Source of the DNA: Zancudomyces culisetae HAW-14-8
Taxonomy: Eukaryota > Fungi > Kickxellomycota
Direction: 5' to 3'
Assembly (NCBI GenBank): GCA_052426225.1
Contig: JBNJNM010000011.1
Span: 1,488,001 to 1,552,000 of the forward strand
DNA length: 64,000 bases
Every line of letters starts with the position of its first letter. Position 1 is the first letter of the stretch. This document shows, piece by piece, positions 13,297-26,253 of the stretch. Made by a program: the position numbers and the translations under genes. The notes beneath the pieces were generated by a model. That model saw nothing but the letters and a program-made list of their open reading frames with translations, did not search any database and was not told the DNA's origin.

Positions 13297-15683
13297 GACA
13301 TAAAATAGCACGTTTGTCTACTAAAATTTAGTATAATCAATCCTGCCAACACTATGTGTCATAAAAGGTGTATACAACCTGCACCAGCCGAAAGAAACAG
13401 TTAAACTTAATTTCTTTTATCTTAGAGAAGGCACTCGAAACAAGACAACTCTGCAGGCAAGATGTGTCTTATTTTCTGTTGTATTTCCAGCTTTATTTCG
13501 TAATTCGTAGTAGATTCGGTATTTTCCCCGTTTATATGCCCAGCTAGCTTTTTTCTCCTAGTCTTTTCCCCCAAATTTACTTTATTCAAATAACCGCGTT
13601 GCCTCCCCTTTTTTTTATCACTGTTGCTGGGCTGATGTTTGGCGTAGCACCTAATATTGTTAAATAAAAAAAACGGCTATTGTATTACCCTTTAGTTATA
13701 TGAAGGGCGCGGGAATTATAAAACAGAATACATTAAAAAAAAATCCCACAACCCTGGCTTTTTAAGTATTCCAAAGCCCTAGTGGATTTAGTATGCCAAT
13801 TTGAATGTCCAAACAAATCAGCTTTTTTGCCTTGATTAACATATTCCCAATTACTAAACACGTTAATTGTTCTCATCACTCTATGTTGTTTTTTTGATCG
13901 CAAAAAATTTTTTTTAAACTATTACATTGGCTGGTAGCCCATGGCTTAATGTGATGACACAGTTTGAATAGATTTGCCCAAGCAGTTGTGGACCTGTAAT
14001 ATTAAGCAGAAAAAAAAATTAAAAAATGAGTCAGACAAGCAAAAGTATTAAGGATCAGGCTATATGATATCTCTAGCCAAAACAATTTAATTTAACCTAT
14101 TTAGTGACATCCAAATTGGGTTATTCTTTCTTTTCTAAGCTGACCCGGAAACTATCATCAAAGATATAATACTTTTATTTTACAAAACACTTAGTCAGGT
14201 TTACATTTGGTGAGAAACCTCGTGACCTTGGAGAATGTGTTTAATATGCCCTTGGGTTAAGCCTAGGTTGAAAAAGCGGGTGGTTTTTTTTTTATTTACT
14301 TTATTTCCATAAAGTGAATTTATTCTATAATAATTGCACCCTCCAAATACCCACCCAACTCTGTGATCGCTAGGAGACAATCTAAGGCATTTTAATAATG
14401 GGAGAAACCCTAACTCCCTCAACAATGCTGGTTTAGATTAAATAACATTCGAATCAGCACTATCACATTCTGGTTTATGCAGTTTCGTTGGTAACTATGT
14501 TGGTTGTGATTCCGGTTTATAGCAAACCTGTTTGCTGTATTGTGTTACTTTTCTTTCAACAAGATAAAATAAATACAACTAGATATTCGTCACTGTATGA
14601 ATGCCTTATTTTTGTCAGCAAACAAAGCACACGATTAAAAACTCATAAAAGACTCAAAAATAATAAACGAGGTATTGTTATTATCTCTTGTCTGAATCTA
14701 ATAAGGTGACCAGACCTACTGCTTTCCTCAGCGTTTGTAGTGCGCTCACTAAGTCTTGTTAATTCTAAAAGGTTGCGTCATTAACTGCGCATCAGTAGCA
14801 ATCTCCAATTATAAATAAATACAATTGGTAGCCCCCCCTATTCAAGATGTAGCATGTTTCACAGAATCTGAAATAGTAACAGTTAAAAGAACATGTTTTT
14901 TTTAATTTTTTTTTAGGAAAAAAATCCCGTTATTTGTTCAAGCAATGCTGTATAAATTAGAAGCATGTTGGTTTTTGTGAAACAGAAAAAAAATGTCTTG
15001 CATACTTTCCAGGGTAAAGCGGGCATTGTAACAGCAAAGAGGTAGTACGAGCTGGACTTCGCACCATTTTTATTTCCAACAAAGGGAAAAAGATGGTACC
15101 AACAGTGTAGTTTCAAGTGTCACGCCTTCTTGTCGATAGAAAAAATAAAGTAGCCAAAGATTGTATGCCTAGAAGCTACATCAAAACAAAGGTTCGATTG
15201 TCTCCCTTTCGTTCCTTCTATAGCAAGTTTGATATAGGACAAAAAGGAAATAAAATAGAAAATCAACATATTCCTTAGCTGGCTACCCCTGATCCTCTAT
15301 TGTATCCATTGTATCTAAACCATAACCCGTCCTGTTCTGTCATTTTCTCAATGACCTACAACAACGTGGTCTATAGCTGAAAGGGGTTTTGATGATTACA
15401 AAAAGTTTCACAGCTGCTTAAATACTGAAAACCATGTTGTGTGAGCGAGAATGGTAACTTTGATCAACTGCGTTATGTGTTATTTGAGACTAAGAAAAGT
15501 GGAAAAAGTATCAATATACATAAAAATAAAACTGCATCAAAGCTCGGTAAAACAACAGTTAAAGCGTGTAAAGCCCCTTTGCAAACTGTTTTCAATGACT
15601 AGGCAAAAAATTGGGTAGTTGTGAAAACGGCAGTTTCAAGCAACAAATGCAGATCGCATTCGAAAAGAAAAGTAGTTATTAGC

Positions 15684-16417
15684 CTAGTTTGATCTATCTT
15701 CAACCATAATAATGTGGTAGCCAAACTGTGTCTTTACAGGTGGGTTGGTGTATACTGGTTTGTCACAGGTGCTTGGTGCCAGTGCAAACGCTGCTTCCTG
15801 AAAAGCGCCAACCATGCTTCCACGTACCATCCAACCCAAACTTCCACCTTGCTTAGCCTTATCCTCGGAGTACTGTGTAGCTACAGCATCAAATTTCGTA
15901 CCTGCCTTCAACTTTTCAATCGCCTCCATTGCCTGTTAATTTTCGATATTTAGAGTGACGGAATTTAGTCAAAATGCGCAAAATTTAGTGAAAGGAATAT
16001 ATGAAGAGACGCTTCAAATTTTCAACAATACTCACCTTTGAGTGTTTTTCACACAGGATATGTCGAACCTATTTCATGGGATTCGATATTGATTTTAGAT
16101 TGCTAGTCTTTAAGAATGAATCGATCGCTTTTATCAGGCTGAAAAATGTTTAAAGCACAAACACTCAGAGTCTTATTAGTAACAAACAAAATATATACAT
16201 ATTATGTGTTTTTTTTTCTGAACCGGTATATCAGTTCCAAAATCAACCCACCTTGACTTTGTTGGCGCTTTTTAGTTTTGATCCAGAAGTGTCCTTCGAG
16301 TCATTTGATTTTTCTATTTATTTTGGAAGTTAAAATGTAGCAAATATACTTTAATAGCGGTTGACATATCTTACCTGATGCACCCTTAGAACTCTTTCCT
16401 TTATTTTTTGGAGGCAT
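15684..16417 (-). CDS. PIN4: Parvulin-type peptidyl-prolyl isomerase Par14/PIN4; exons 16417-16375, 16313-16252, 16068-16036, 15932-15684
   Basis: MPPKNKGK...[13 protein letters not shown]...[14 protein letters not shown]...[13 protein letters not shown]. Confidence 0.93.
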
Positions 16418-16695
16418 TTTGCTTTGATTAATGTTCAATATTAGTTAGCAAACAACAAATGAACCTTGAAGAACCTTTGAGTTTGAATAAATTTGGGCTT
16501 GAGTAAACAGAACAATTATGCAGAGGACGCCAATCAAGTATATTTGTAATCATGATTTCTATAATTTTTTTTACGCTGATAATTTAAGAGCAAAAACAAA
16601 AAATTAATTATCCCTTTGCTTTTAATGTAAAATTAGTCTTCGACTTGCTATAAGAAATAATCTAGCCAAAGGGAATATATAATCAAGATACCAAA

Positions 16696-17874
16696 ATGGA
16701 TGCAGAAAAGGCGTTGGATGTAAATCCTAAAATCACTTTTAAAAAAATTAAACGAAATTCAAACCGTAAATTGAAAACTACTGTGAGTGGAATTGAAGGA
16801 AAGGATGACACAAATAGCCCCGATCAAGGTATAGACGACATGTCATCAGGTCCTGAGAACGAAGGTAGAGAGGGAAGAAAGAGAAGAGCTATAGAGAAAA
16901 TTGAATTTAGCACACATATATCGTCACTCGAACGAACGAAGCATATTGAGGGAGAAAAGGAAACAATGAAATTTAAAGCAACAAATCTAAATGAACAAAA
17001 GCAAGGTCGTGGTGCTGACGCTACGCGCACACTGGAAATTGATGGGGACAATAGCAATCAGGAGAATGTGTTGGCAAACGTAGTAAATGTAAGTAAAGTA
17101 TAGGTAGAAAATGTAAATAAACACCGTAACAATCTAACAAACCATTTAAAATAGGACAATTCGGAGCGAAAGAGAGAATATAAAGGTATTTCAGCATACA
17201 GGACATTTGCTCCCAAAAGATATGACGAAACCATCAAGAATGGAGGACACACTGCTGGCCAGACCGGTACAGCTGGAAATAAAAAAAAGCTAGGACCAGT
17301 GCGGGCATCTGCAAATATTCGAGTTACATCTGTGATTGATTACCAGCCGGATGTATGTAAAGATTATAAAGAAACTGGTTTTTGTGGGTACGGAGATTCT
17401 TGCAAATTTCTTCATGACAGAGGAGATTATAAATCCGGATGGCAGTTGGAGAAGGAATGGGAGGAGCAACAGTTAAACGGGGGTAGAATAGAAAGCAAGT
17501 CCCTGTATGAAATAGCGGCAAGTGATGAGGAAAGCAGCGATGAAGAACTGCCATTTGCTTGTCCCATCTGTGTGAAAGAGTTTACCAGGCCGATTGTTAC
17601 AAAGTATGTGTATTTTTTTCACAAAGTCTACATTTACAGGATGTTTTTCATTCTATATGCATTCATTTATTTATCATATTTTAATCAAAATAGGTGTAAC
17701 CATTACTTTTGCGAGCAGTGTGCACTGAAAAAATACACGAAAACCCCTAAATGTCATATTTGTGGTGCTGCTACAGGTGGGATGTTCAAACCAGCAAAAA
17801 ATCTGCTTAAAAAACTTGAAGAAAAAAGGGCTCGAGCCCCAAATCAAAGTACCTTAGAGACAGGCTCTGACTAA
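16696..17874 (+). CDS. CWC24: Pre-mRNA splicing factor Cwc24/RNF113 (CCCH + RING), 2 introns
   Basis: DYQPDVCKDYKETGFCGYGDSCKFLHDRGDYKSGWQLEKEW; RING LPFACPIC...CNHYFCEQCA...CHIC. Confidence 0.95.
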
Positions 17875-18284
17875 TCCAGTCTCGATATTAGCTCTTAAAA
17901 GCAGCCTTTTTTCGGGTTTAGGCCTACCACTGAGGCTTTTGTAGATTTGTTTTAGTACGTAACAGTGAGCGAGATTGATCTTTGTAAAGTATTTGTTGTA
18001 GTTAAAATTATCCTTGTTAAATTCTTATTTTTTTTCTTATTGTTGAGTCAGAATAGACAAGTTAGATCGTAGCATTACTAAATAAATGAATTTGCGTGAA
18101 TTTTTTCTTTAACAGCAATTGACAGGATCGCAGGCAACTAATATTTTACGGATATTTTGTTGTTTTGCTTTGAAAAATCGGTCGGTTTTGGAGTTATTGT
18201 TAATTCTCTCTTTTATAGATATTTATAGGTGGTATTATTAAATATTAAGCCGCGGTTCTGCTTAAAAAGGAACCTATAACTACG

Positions 18285-20376
18285 ATGGGCTTTAATAAAA
18301 GGGACAGTTGTAAGACAAAAAATGAAAAAATGAATAAATTTACGGGCGATTCGGATTCAGAAGATGATTCTTATGTTAAATACGGAACCGAGGTGGATGA
18401 TCTGAAGGCTCTAAAAGTTCAGTTTAGGTCCGAAAAGGAGCAATATGTAAGTATATTTTTGCTTATCTTTTCTTTTTATTACCACTTTAACCTAGCTTAT
18501 ACCAACAAGGAAAAAGTAAATGAGCAAGATTAATCATAAAAGGGGAGAAAGCTAAGCAATGAACTAACTACACAGGCTACTGACGAAAAAGGCAAAAGGA
18601 GGTTTCACGGGGCCTTTACGGGGGGTTTCACAGCGGGATATAACAATACCGTTGGATCAGTTGAAGGTATTTTCTTATAAATTGAGAAAGATTTATGTTA
18701 TTACCAAGTTCTCGAATTGAGAAAGTTAATAATGAATGCGTTTTTAGCTTATCGGTCTCCTTTTTTTTCTCAAATAATGGGTAATTAAACTATAAAGTGA
18801 TGCTAAGAATTTCTAAATTAGGCTGGACCCCTTCGACTTTCTATTCTTCGAGAACTAATAGAGCAGTGATTAGACAAAGTAGGCCTGAGGATTTTATGGA
18901 TCCAGAGGATATGGGTGTAAGGAGTCGCACCTTTTTTTTCTAGAACTATATACAGCTAAATTTTGTTTTTGTTTTCGTTTTTGAAGAGAGAACAGATTAA
19001 TGATAGGAGTCTAGATATGTTATAGAAGATGGTGATTGTATTACAATGGGTATATGTCTTGTAAATAGGAAACAAAAAAAGTAACAAGAGTGGCACCAGT
19101 AAAGCAAAGCATCAGTACAGTCAAGCTAGAGGCGCTACCTGGTAAAAGTGCAGCCGAAAAACTTGCAGAATCGATGTTTGGTCTTTCTGAAGATAATGTT
19201 GAATCTGGTCAACAATCGGAGAGTGCTGTGGGGTATTTGATACTAAAAGCTTTGACAAAATTAAAAAAAGAACTAGAACTTAGAAACGAAAAGGCACTCA
19301 AACACGGCGTAGAATACAAGTTGGATCAGGCTGGCGTGAATATAGGCAATAAGCGAAAAGCCGATGTAATGGCGAGAAGTGATGCGCTTGGGAGTAGAAA
19401 AGCAAAGGAGAAAAGATCCAAGCCAAAACGAAAAAACTTGAGTTTTATTGAAGACGAAGATGGTGAAGAAGGTGAAAAGATGGAGGATCTTCCGGAATTC
19501 ACAATGAAACCAAATAAGGAAGCAACCGAGCTTGTAAAGAATATTGACCATAATCAGAATGTTCATTCGAACGTGAATACAAGTAAGCGTATAGATGCTG
19601 CAAGCATAGAGGTCTTGGCTAAACAAGTGAACTATGTTGAACGAACGCACTGTATCGATGGAAATAAGCCAATTGCAGGTTTTATAATAATCGGTGAGCA
19701 GCGAGTTCCAGCGCCAAAGGTATTTCAGATGGTGGATTATGGCGAATTAAAAGATATTTCACAGGAAATAAAGGAATTGAAAGCCAAGCTTCCCAAAAAA
19801 AGAGCTAGTGGGCTGAAGCTGGTGAGCAAGCAGGAAGCCGAAAGAGCACTTTTAGGTTATATGCCATTTAAACAAGACAATGAAAAACACCAGCGTTATG
19901 TAAATTATTTGAAAACGATAGTGGATGGTGGCGATGTTAGTTTAGTATGCAATTTGCATGATATAAACGAATTTTATCAGGCGGCCAGAATATTCAAACC
20001 TATGGCAGAGGCTATGTCCAAAAGGTTTATGACACAGGAGGAGCTTGAAAAAAGCAAACTTCAGGAATCTGGTGGGAACGTCATGGAGAATATGGCAAAA
20101 GCTGATAATTATGGCACAATGACGAGGACTAGCAGTACATGGTTTCCGAGCGCGCTTTTATGTAAACGGATGAATCTAAGCGATCCACATCACCTCAAAA
20201 AGAACACACACAAGGACGAATCATCTTCATTGGCGTATCGGAAAAGGTTTTCGGCTAAAAACACGGAGATCCAAAACCAGCCATACTTGAAAAAACAGCT
20301 TTCATCCGAAAAAAAACCCGATTCAACAAAACCCACATTATATGATACTATTTTTGGAGAGAATAGCGATAGTTAA
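18285..20376 (+). CDS. GPATCH1/Gpl1-like splicing quality-control protein (DUF1604), 3 introns
   Basis: Spliced exons give [39 protein letters not shown] and [10 protein letters not shown]. Downstream YMPF..D.EK..RY..YL and [12 protein letters not shown] are also present. Confidence 0.88.
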
Positions 20377-20743
20377 AATTTGCTAGATATTTTGGTTTTC
20401 ACTATACAAGCTTATTAATTATTTTGTACTAGAGGTTGGGAAGATGACGCAACAACATGTGAAGTTATACAAATGTTGGTTTTGTCATCATGTCCATAAT
20501 GGGGATAAAAGTAGGTTCAAGTATAAAAGAAACAAAAATTCAAACACAAAATCAAACTGTGTCAAAGAAAGATTAAATAGAACAAAACACTTGTTATCAA
20601 AAAGTCCATAAAAGTGTTGAAGTCAAGAATGGCAGGTATTCATAGGGTGTATCTTGTAGAAACTAAATGAATTGGGGTTTGATGAAAATGGTGGGAGGGG
20701 GGTCGACAGGGGGAAAGCGGGAAAGATGTAACACTTTGTTAGA

Positions 20744-22420
20744 TTACTTTCTGCGCCTTTTACTGGCGCCAAAGTTTCTCAACGGATCGCCAGAACGCTT
20801 CTTTTTTTGAGGAGCCCTTTTATTTTTGTTTGGATTGGAAAAGCGGATCAGGCCTAACTCAGCAGCCTTCTCTTCAACAACAAGATCACCACCACCTCCA
20901 CTCACACCGCTGATTTTTGGTGCCAAGTAGTCGGGAATATGCTTTAAATGATCCTGTATTTTTGCAGGGTGGTAGAGCGATCTGTCATGTTTTACATAGT
21001 TCAGATCCATAGGTTTGTCATCAAAATGCGTTTTCAGCACTTCGCTGTTCAAAATCTGGCGCTTTATCTCCTTTATTTGTGCCTCTCTAACAGCAGTCTT
21101 GGTTACCGCTCGTAGTGCATCTTCGCATCGATACTTAAGCCCGCTGATTTGTGTCATATCGAACTCGTAGTCTTCAATGGTACACCCCTTTGATTTTTGA
21201 TCTGCTTTAACTCCCTCAAACAGTTTTTTTTGTATTTTAGCCTGTGATTGCGCCTTGCTGTTGCCTTGTTTCTGAGCGCCTACTATTGTCGAAACAAACG
21301 ACAAACTCATCCCGCGTTTGTTTCCTCGTGCTGTCCGACCTATTCTGTGTGTATAACTCTCCGGAGTTTTAGGAAAATCAAGGTTTATAACTGCTTCTGC
21401 ATCTTTAAAGTCTATTCCTCTAACTACTCCGTATTGGTTTCGCTTATTTTCTGTATCATTTTCTTCCGTTTTGATTCCCTCGTCTGTGGCTATAATATAT
21501 TCGTATATCCCACGGTTAAACTCTTCAACAATATGGTACCTTGACTTTATCGGAAGATCACTATTTAGCACACATGACTTGATACCAAACTGTTCCAAGA
21601 ATAGCTTCAGTTTGTAGCTCCTGTCTATCTCGCTTACAAATATTATACATTTGCCTGTTATCAACTTTAGTTTCAGTACTACATACATTAGGAAAAACTT
21701 GTCCTCCTCTTTACAGGATACTACGTATTGCATTAGCTTTTCAGCACTGTTTTCCTCTCCGATAATGCATTTTTCCGGTTTTTGTAGTATCAAATTTGAA
21801 AAATCTTCAACGTCCTTAGGCAGGGTCGCCGACATGAGTAGTTTTTGACTTTTTCTGGGTATGTGCTTTGCAAGTGCCTCAACATCCTCTTTGTATCCAA
21901 ATGAAAGTATCAAATCCGCCTCATCGATCACCACAGTTTCTAAAGTGTCTGTTAATCTCAACCCTCCCTCTTTTATTTGCTTCAAGGCTCTGCTTGGTGT
22001 TATAATCACAACCTGTGGATTTTCTGCCATCAATACTCTTGTTGCCTGTAAAGTTTTCCCCTCTCCTCCGTTTACTATTTTAATTTCTTTTTTGCAGTAC
22101 TTTGCTACGCTTTTCAAATATTCACTGATTTGTTCACACAATTCCAATGTTGGTACAAAAACAACTGCCTGTACTCCCTGAATTTTTTCCTTTCGGTTGG
22201 CTTCGTTGGTTCTTAGTATTTTGTTCAAAAGTACCAGCCCGTATGCTGCAGTCTTTCCCGATCCAGTTCTGGCGCGTGCTATCACATCCCTGCCAGTGAG
22301 ACCAACTGGTATCACTTTGTCTTGAACCGGAGTTAAATTCACAAGGCCCATTTCTTCTAGTGCCTGTAGTAGCCTAAAATCGAGACCCAAATCGCTAAAC
22401 TTTTTCTCTTTGTCGGTCAT
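20744..22420 (-). CDS. DBP9: DEAD-box RNA helicase Dbp9/DDX56 (60S biogenesis)
   Basis: ARARTGSGKTAAY, DEADL, MSATL, GVVRGIDFK, HRIGRTARG, YRCEDALRAVTK. Confidence 0.95.
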   Translation of the reverse strand: MTDKEKKFSDLGLDFRLLQALEEMGLVNLTPVQDKVIPVGLTGRDVIARARTGSGKTAAYGLVLLNKILRTNEANRKEKIQGVQAVVFVPTLELCEQISEYLKSVAKYCKKEIKIVNGGEGKTLQATRVLMAENPQVVIITPSRALKQIKEGGLRLTDTLETVVIDEADLILSFGYKEDVEALAKHIPRKSQKLLMSATLPKDVEDFSNLILQKPEKCIIGEENSAEKLMQYVVSCKEEDKFFLMYVVLKLKLITGKCIIFVSEIDRSYKLKLFLEQFGIKSCVLNSDLPIKSRYHIVEEFNRGIYEYIIATDEGIKTEENDTENKRNQYGVVRGIDFKDAEAVINLDFPKTPESYTHRIGRTARGNKRGMSLSFVSTIVGAQKQGNSKAQSQAKIQKKLFEGVKADQKSKGCTIEDYEFDMTQISGLKYRCEDALRAVTKTAVREAQIKEIKRQILNSEVLKTHFDDKPMDLNYVKHDRSLYHPAKIQDHLKHIPDYLAPKISGVSGGGGDLVVEEKAAELGLIRFSNPNKNKRAPQKKKRSGDPLRNFGASKRRRK

Positions 22421-24734
22421 TTTATCTATATGTATCTATATTTTCTTATAGTGATCTTTTTTATAAAAATAACAACAATAACCTCTTCTTTTATGACGTT
22501 TACTCTTTAAAAAAAAAATTTTTTTTTTTTTGCAAATACCAAAAATTTTCCAAATCACTGAAAATTGATCAACTATCATTTTTTGACTTGGCCAATATTC
22601 GATTTGTCATACCAAAAGTGCAAGGTGAGCGCGCAGTATGCATATACTTATACAACTATAATGTAAACATTTTAGCTATCACCATTTGACACAAACATGC
22701 GTTAAATAATTCTCAGTATATACACTAAACAAGATCATCTTTTCCAATTACTCACCTTAAAATACATATATTTAACAAACTCTATTCAAAAAAACAGCTG
22801 CCAATACAGTATTATTTCATATTTGGACACACTCGACCAAGATGGTAGGCTTTTTCTTTTCACGAGGTATCACATTTTTTTATGTTTTCAAACCCTCAAA
22901 ATAAAAACTGTAGAGAGCGAGACAAACTTTCCCTATTCATATTTCTGCAAGATTATATTTGCCCACCTTAATGAGTTATAGTAATAACCTGTCCCTTTCC
23001 TTTCCTCTTCTACTAAGCACCCGTTGGATGTTTTATTGATGTTGTTAACATTTATATAGCCTAGACGATACTTTGGTGCAAATACAAGCATTACAATATT
23101 TGATCTTATATTAACAGCAGATCTCACTAAATGCACAATATGCTAGTTGAAAAAAAAGAAGAGCGATATTTAACATATGCTGTTTTCTATAACTTTAAGA
23201 ATGTGGTAAAGCTAGTCAGAACCTTCTTCAATAAATTTTTTCTTCATTTAGTGCTTCCCATATGCTTTGATAGGATATAAAGACCATGGTAGTGTTCAAG
23301 ATTTCAGCTATCAAAGGTTGGTTATGATTACAGTATATTCGGTTTTTATGTCATTGCGCGTAATTTGTACTATGTGTCTGGATACTAGATATCATTAATT
23401 ATTACTATTTTCGATTTATATTGCTTTTTACATACTTTTCTTTATTTAAAAACAGTGATAAGCAAGATATCTGAGTAAATGATATGCAATTTCTGACCAT
23501 TTTTATCTTCAATACCGATTGTGGTGTTATACAAACCATGATTAGTGTGGTGTTTTACATAAACATATTGTCACTTTAGTTAAAGATATTCGATGCTGAT
23601 ATCATTTGTTCTGTTTTTTCTTTTTGCTTCGCTTTGCTTTATGTTGAAGATATAATAAGACAAAGATACCGTGGACATGATTCGTCTTGCTTCAACACAA
23701 TAAGGTTCTATTTGCACGACCAATCGAAAATCAACAAACATTTGCTTTTAGCACGTGTGGGTCTATGGTATATCGATGATTTAATCGTTGAGGATTTATC
23801 GGTGTCACATTTACTTGATTTTACAAACGTATTTTAGAATGCCATAAAACAACCGAATTTTAAATGTGAAAGTTGCTAGAAATGACGGTGTTTTAAATTT
23901 GAAACATATACAATAACAAAGTCATGTTTTTTAATTTATATATATAAATATATATATTTGCTGATGTTTCTTATTGGTGTTATTCTATATTCAAAATATT
24001 TATACAATCCCACTGTATGAGCTCGTATATCACACTATCTATTCTTTGTAATTGAATATTGAGCATACTATGACGAATACTATATCTCACCCATTCCTCA
24101 CATCCATCTCCTTCACCCAAGACCACACAATATAAGTCTTGTTAGAGATCAAAATGTTTACTTTTTTTTTCTCTGAGATTTAATTGATCCACTACTTGTA
24201 ATACAGAGCTCTCACAAACTCAGCAAGCTTGTACTCTCAATTCAAGTTTATCTCATACTATATTCACTGGATTGGTGTAGAATGATGGTTTAAATACGAA
24301 TCACACTGTTTGGTTGATTCGGTAGAATGTTTATTAAAACTCTCGTTTTGTCAATAATTCGGCGCAGGTTTTACAAATCACATGTTAAAACTGAAACCCA
24401 GGGATAATACATGTAATCTGTGAATGTGCTCTCTTTGTGAACAATCTTTAACCGCCGATTTTTCGATTTTTTGATTTTTGCAATCAATTAATCAGGTTGA
24501 GAGGTAATAGAAAGTGAGCTAGTTTAAAGGACTAGAAAAATTGGTAAAGTGAAATGAAATGAAATGAACAAGGCCAGCAAATAGCCCAGCTTTCGTGAGA
24601 TGAATTTGTTGCTATTTTAAATCAAGGTTGTACATACATATCGCGAATTTTATCAAAGTCTGGAATTTTCCCATTCGCGAAAATTTGATGCTCCGTATCA
24701 TGCTACCTTTTGCAAAGCGATCAAACCACTATTT

Positions 24735-25305
24735 TCCCTTTCCTCCCCTTCCTTTTCTCTCCCCCTCCCCCCATTTTCTCCCCCTTCCCCTCTCCTTTAC
24801 TTTTTTTTCCCTTTCCTTTCCCCTTTCCCTCACTTCTTTTCACTCGCATCCCCTCTTCAAAAATAAATCACAAACTTATACTCATGTAGATGCAGATACA
24901 GATTCAGATGCAGATGCAGAGCTGTGTTTTAACACGGAGGCAAATGCTGATGTAAGCATTCGCACAAACATCAACACAAACATCAACACAAACACAAACA
25001 TCAACATCAACATCAACACAAACATGATTATAAGTGCAATTGCACAGTCACAGGTGACATAGGAGTTGATTGTGTGTGGTTTGTTTTTTTTTAATTGGCT
25101 GGTTCACTGGAGATGTTATAATTTTTATCTACATTTTCCGTTTAACTTTTCCACCAAAGATATGCTTTCATTCTCTCTTTTTCTCCTTTTCCATTCTCAT
25201 TCTCTCTTCATTCTCACTTATATTTCCATTCCAAACCCAGTTCCCATTCCCATTCCAAATCCAGTTCCCATTCCAAATCCAAACCCAACTCCAATACCAG
25301 TCCAG
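24735..25305. repeat. Low-complexity intergenic block: pyrimidine tract plus degenerate hexamer repeats (GATGCA, ACAAAC/ATCAAC, CCCATT/CCAAAT)
   Basis: Directly visible 6-nt periodic runs at about 24885-24920, 24963-25023 and 25225-25305, and a C/T tract at 24735-24857. Confidence 0.7.
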
Positions 25306-26253
25306 TTCCCCATTATTTTCATTTTGCACATATCATTTCATTTCTCTTTGCAAAATCCTTTTTTTTTTTGCATGAAATGTAGAATTTAAGGTGAGATTGG
25401 TCAAGCGAATAACTAGTACTCGGATAATCCACAAAGGCACCAGTGAAAAGTGGAGGACTAAACAAAAGCAAGAACAACCACAACAAAGAAATAGAACAAC
25501 AATTGCCGATAAGACAGGTAAATTATCTGCCTATAGCGTTTCAGAAAACACAGAAAATAAAATAAAAAAGGTTTGGTCTATTCCAGAATCTAGTTGGTAT
25601 GAATAAAATGAACGCTTTTTTTAGAATTGGGATTGAATGACAGTGTACAATAGCATAAAAGAGTTATTTAATTCGTGGTGTTATCTGTCCTATCTTGACA
25701 TTTTACAATCAACGCAAAGTTTAGTTGGCACAATTCCGCTCGTTTTATCGGTTTACGTAACATGTGTATTTTTAAATTCTGCAAAACTCTGGCTTTAAAT
25801 GGTAACATATTCAAATTAAATCTTAATTCGGAGTCATGGATAAAAACTCAAGCCTTAACAATCCAATAAAGTATCCAAAATTTAAAAAGCTAATCTTGGT
25901 TAATAAGTGGGAAGATTTGTTTTTCTTTTATCTGCCAAAGTCAAGAAATAGGCGTAAGAGCAATAAATTAAGTAAAAAGAAAAAAAAAGGCTAAAATAAC
26001 ACAAAAATCTGTGCTTGTGTAAACTATTTTTGTTTATTTGCGGTTTTACAAACATTACACCGAAAACGTAATAGCAGTGGCGAGCATAAAAGCAAGATTT
26101 TTTTTTTCCTCCTCCAACTCAAGTTGCGCTGTTTTTATATTCTTTTATTTCACCCCTTCACATATTTCTCAGTTTGATGTATGTTAATTTATTCGACATA
26201 CCAAAGTAGAGAAAATAATAGTAATAAAAGAAGACTGCAAGTAAATTTCAGAA

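Noticed and set aside
22500-22570. RRPE-like AAAAWTTTT motifs upstream of DBP9 (and of IPI3 at about 47405)
   Set aside because: Plausible for ribosome-biogenesis genes, but A/T runs are ubiquitous here, so they are not supportable by eye.
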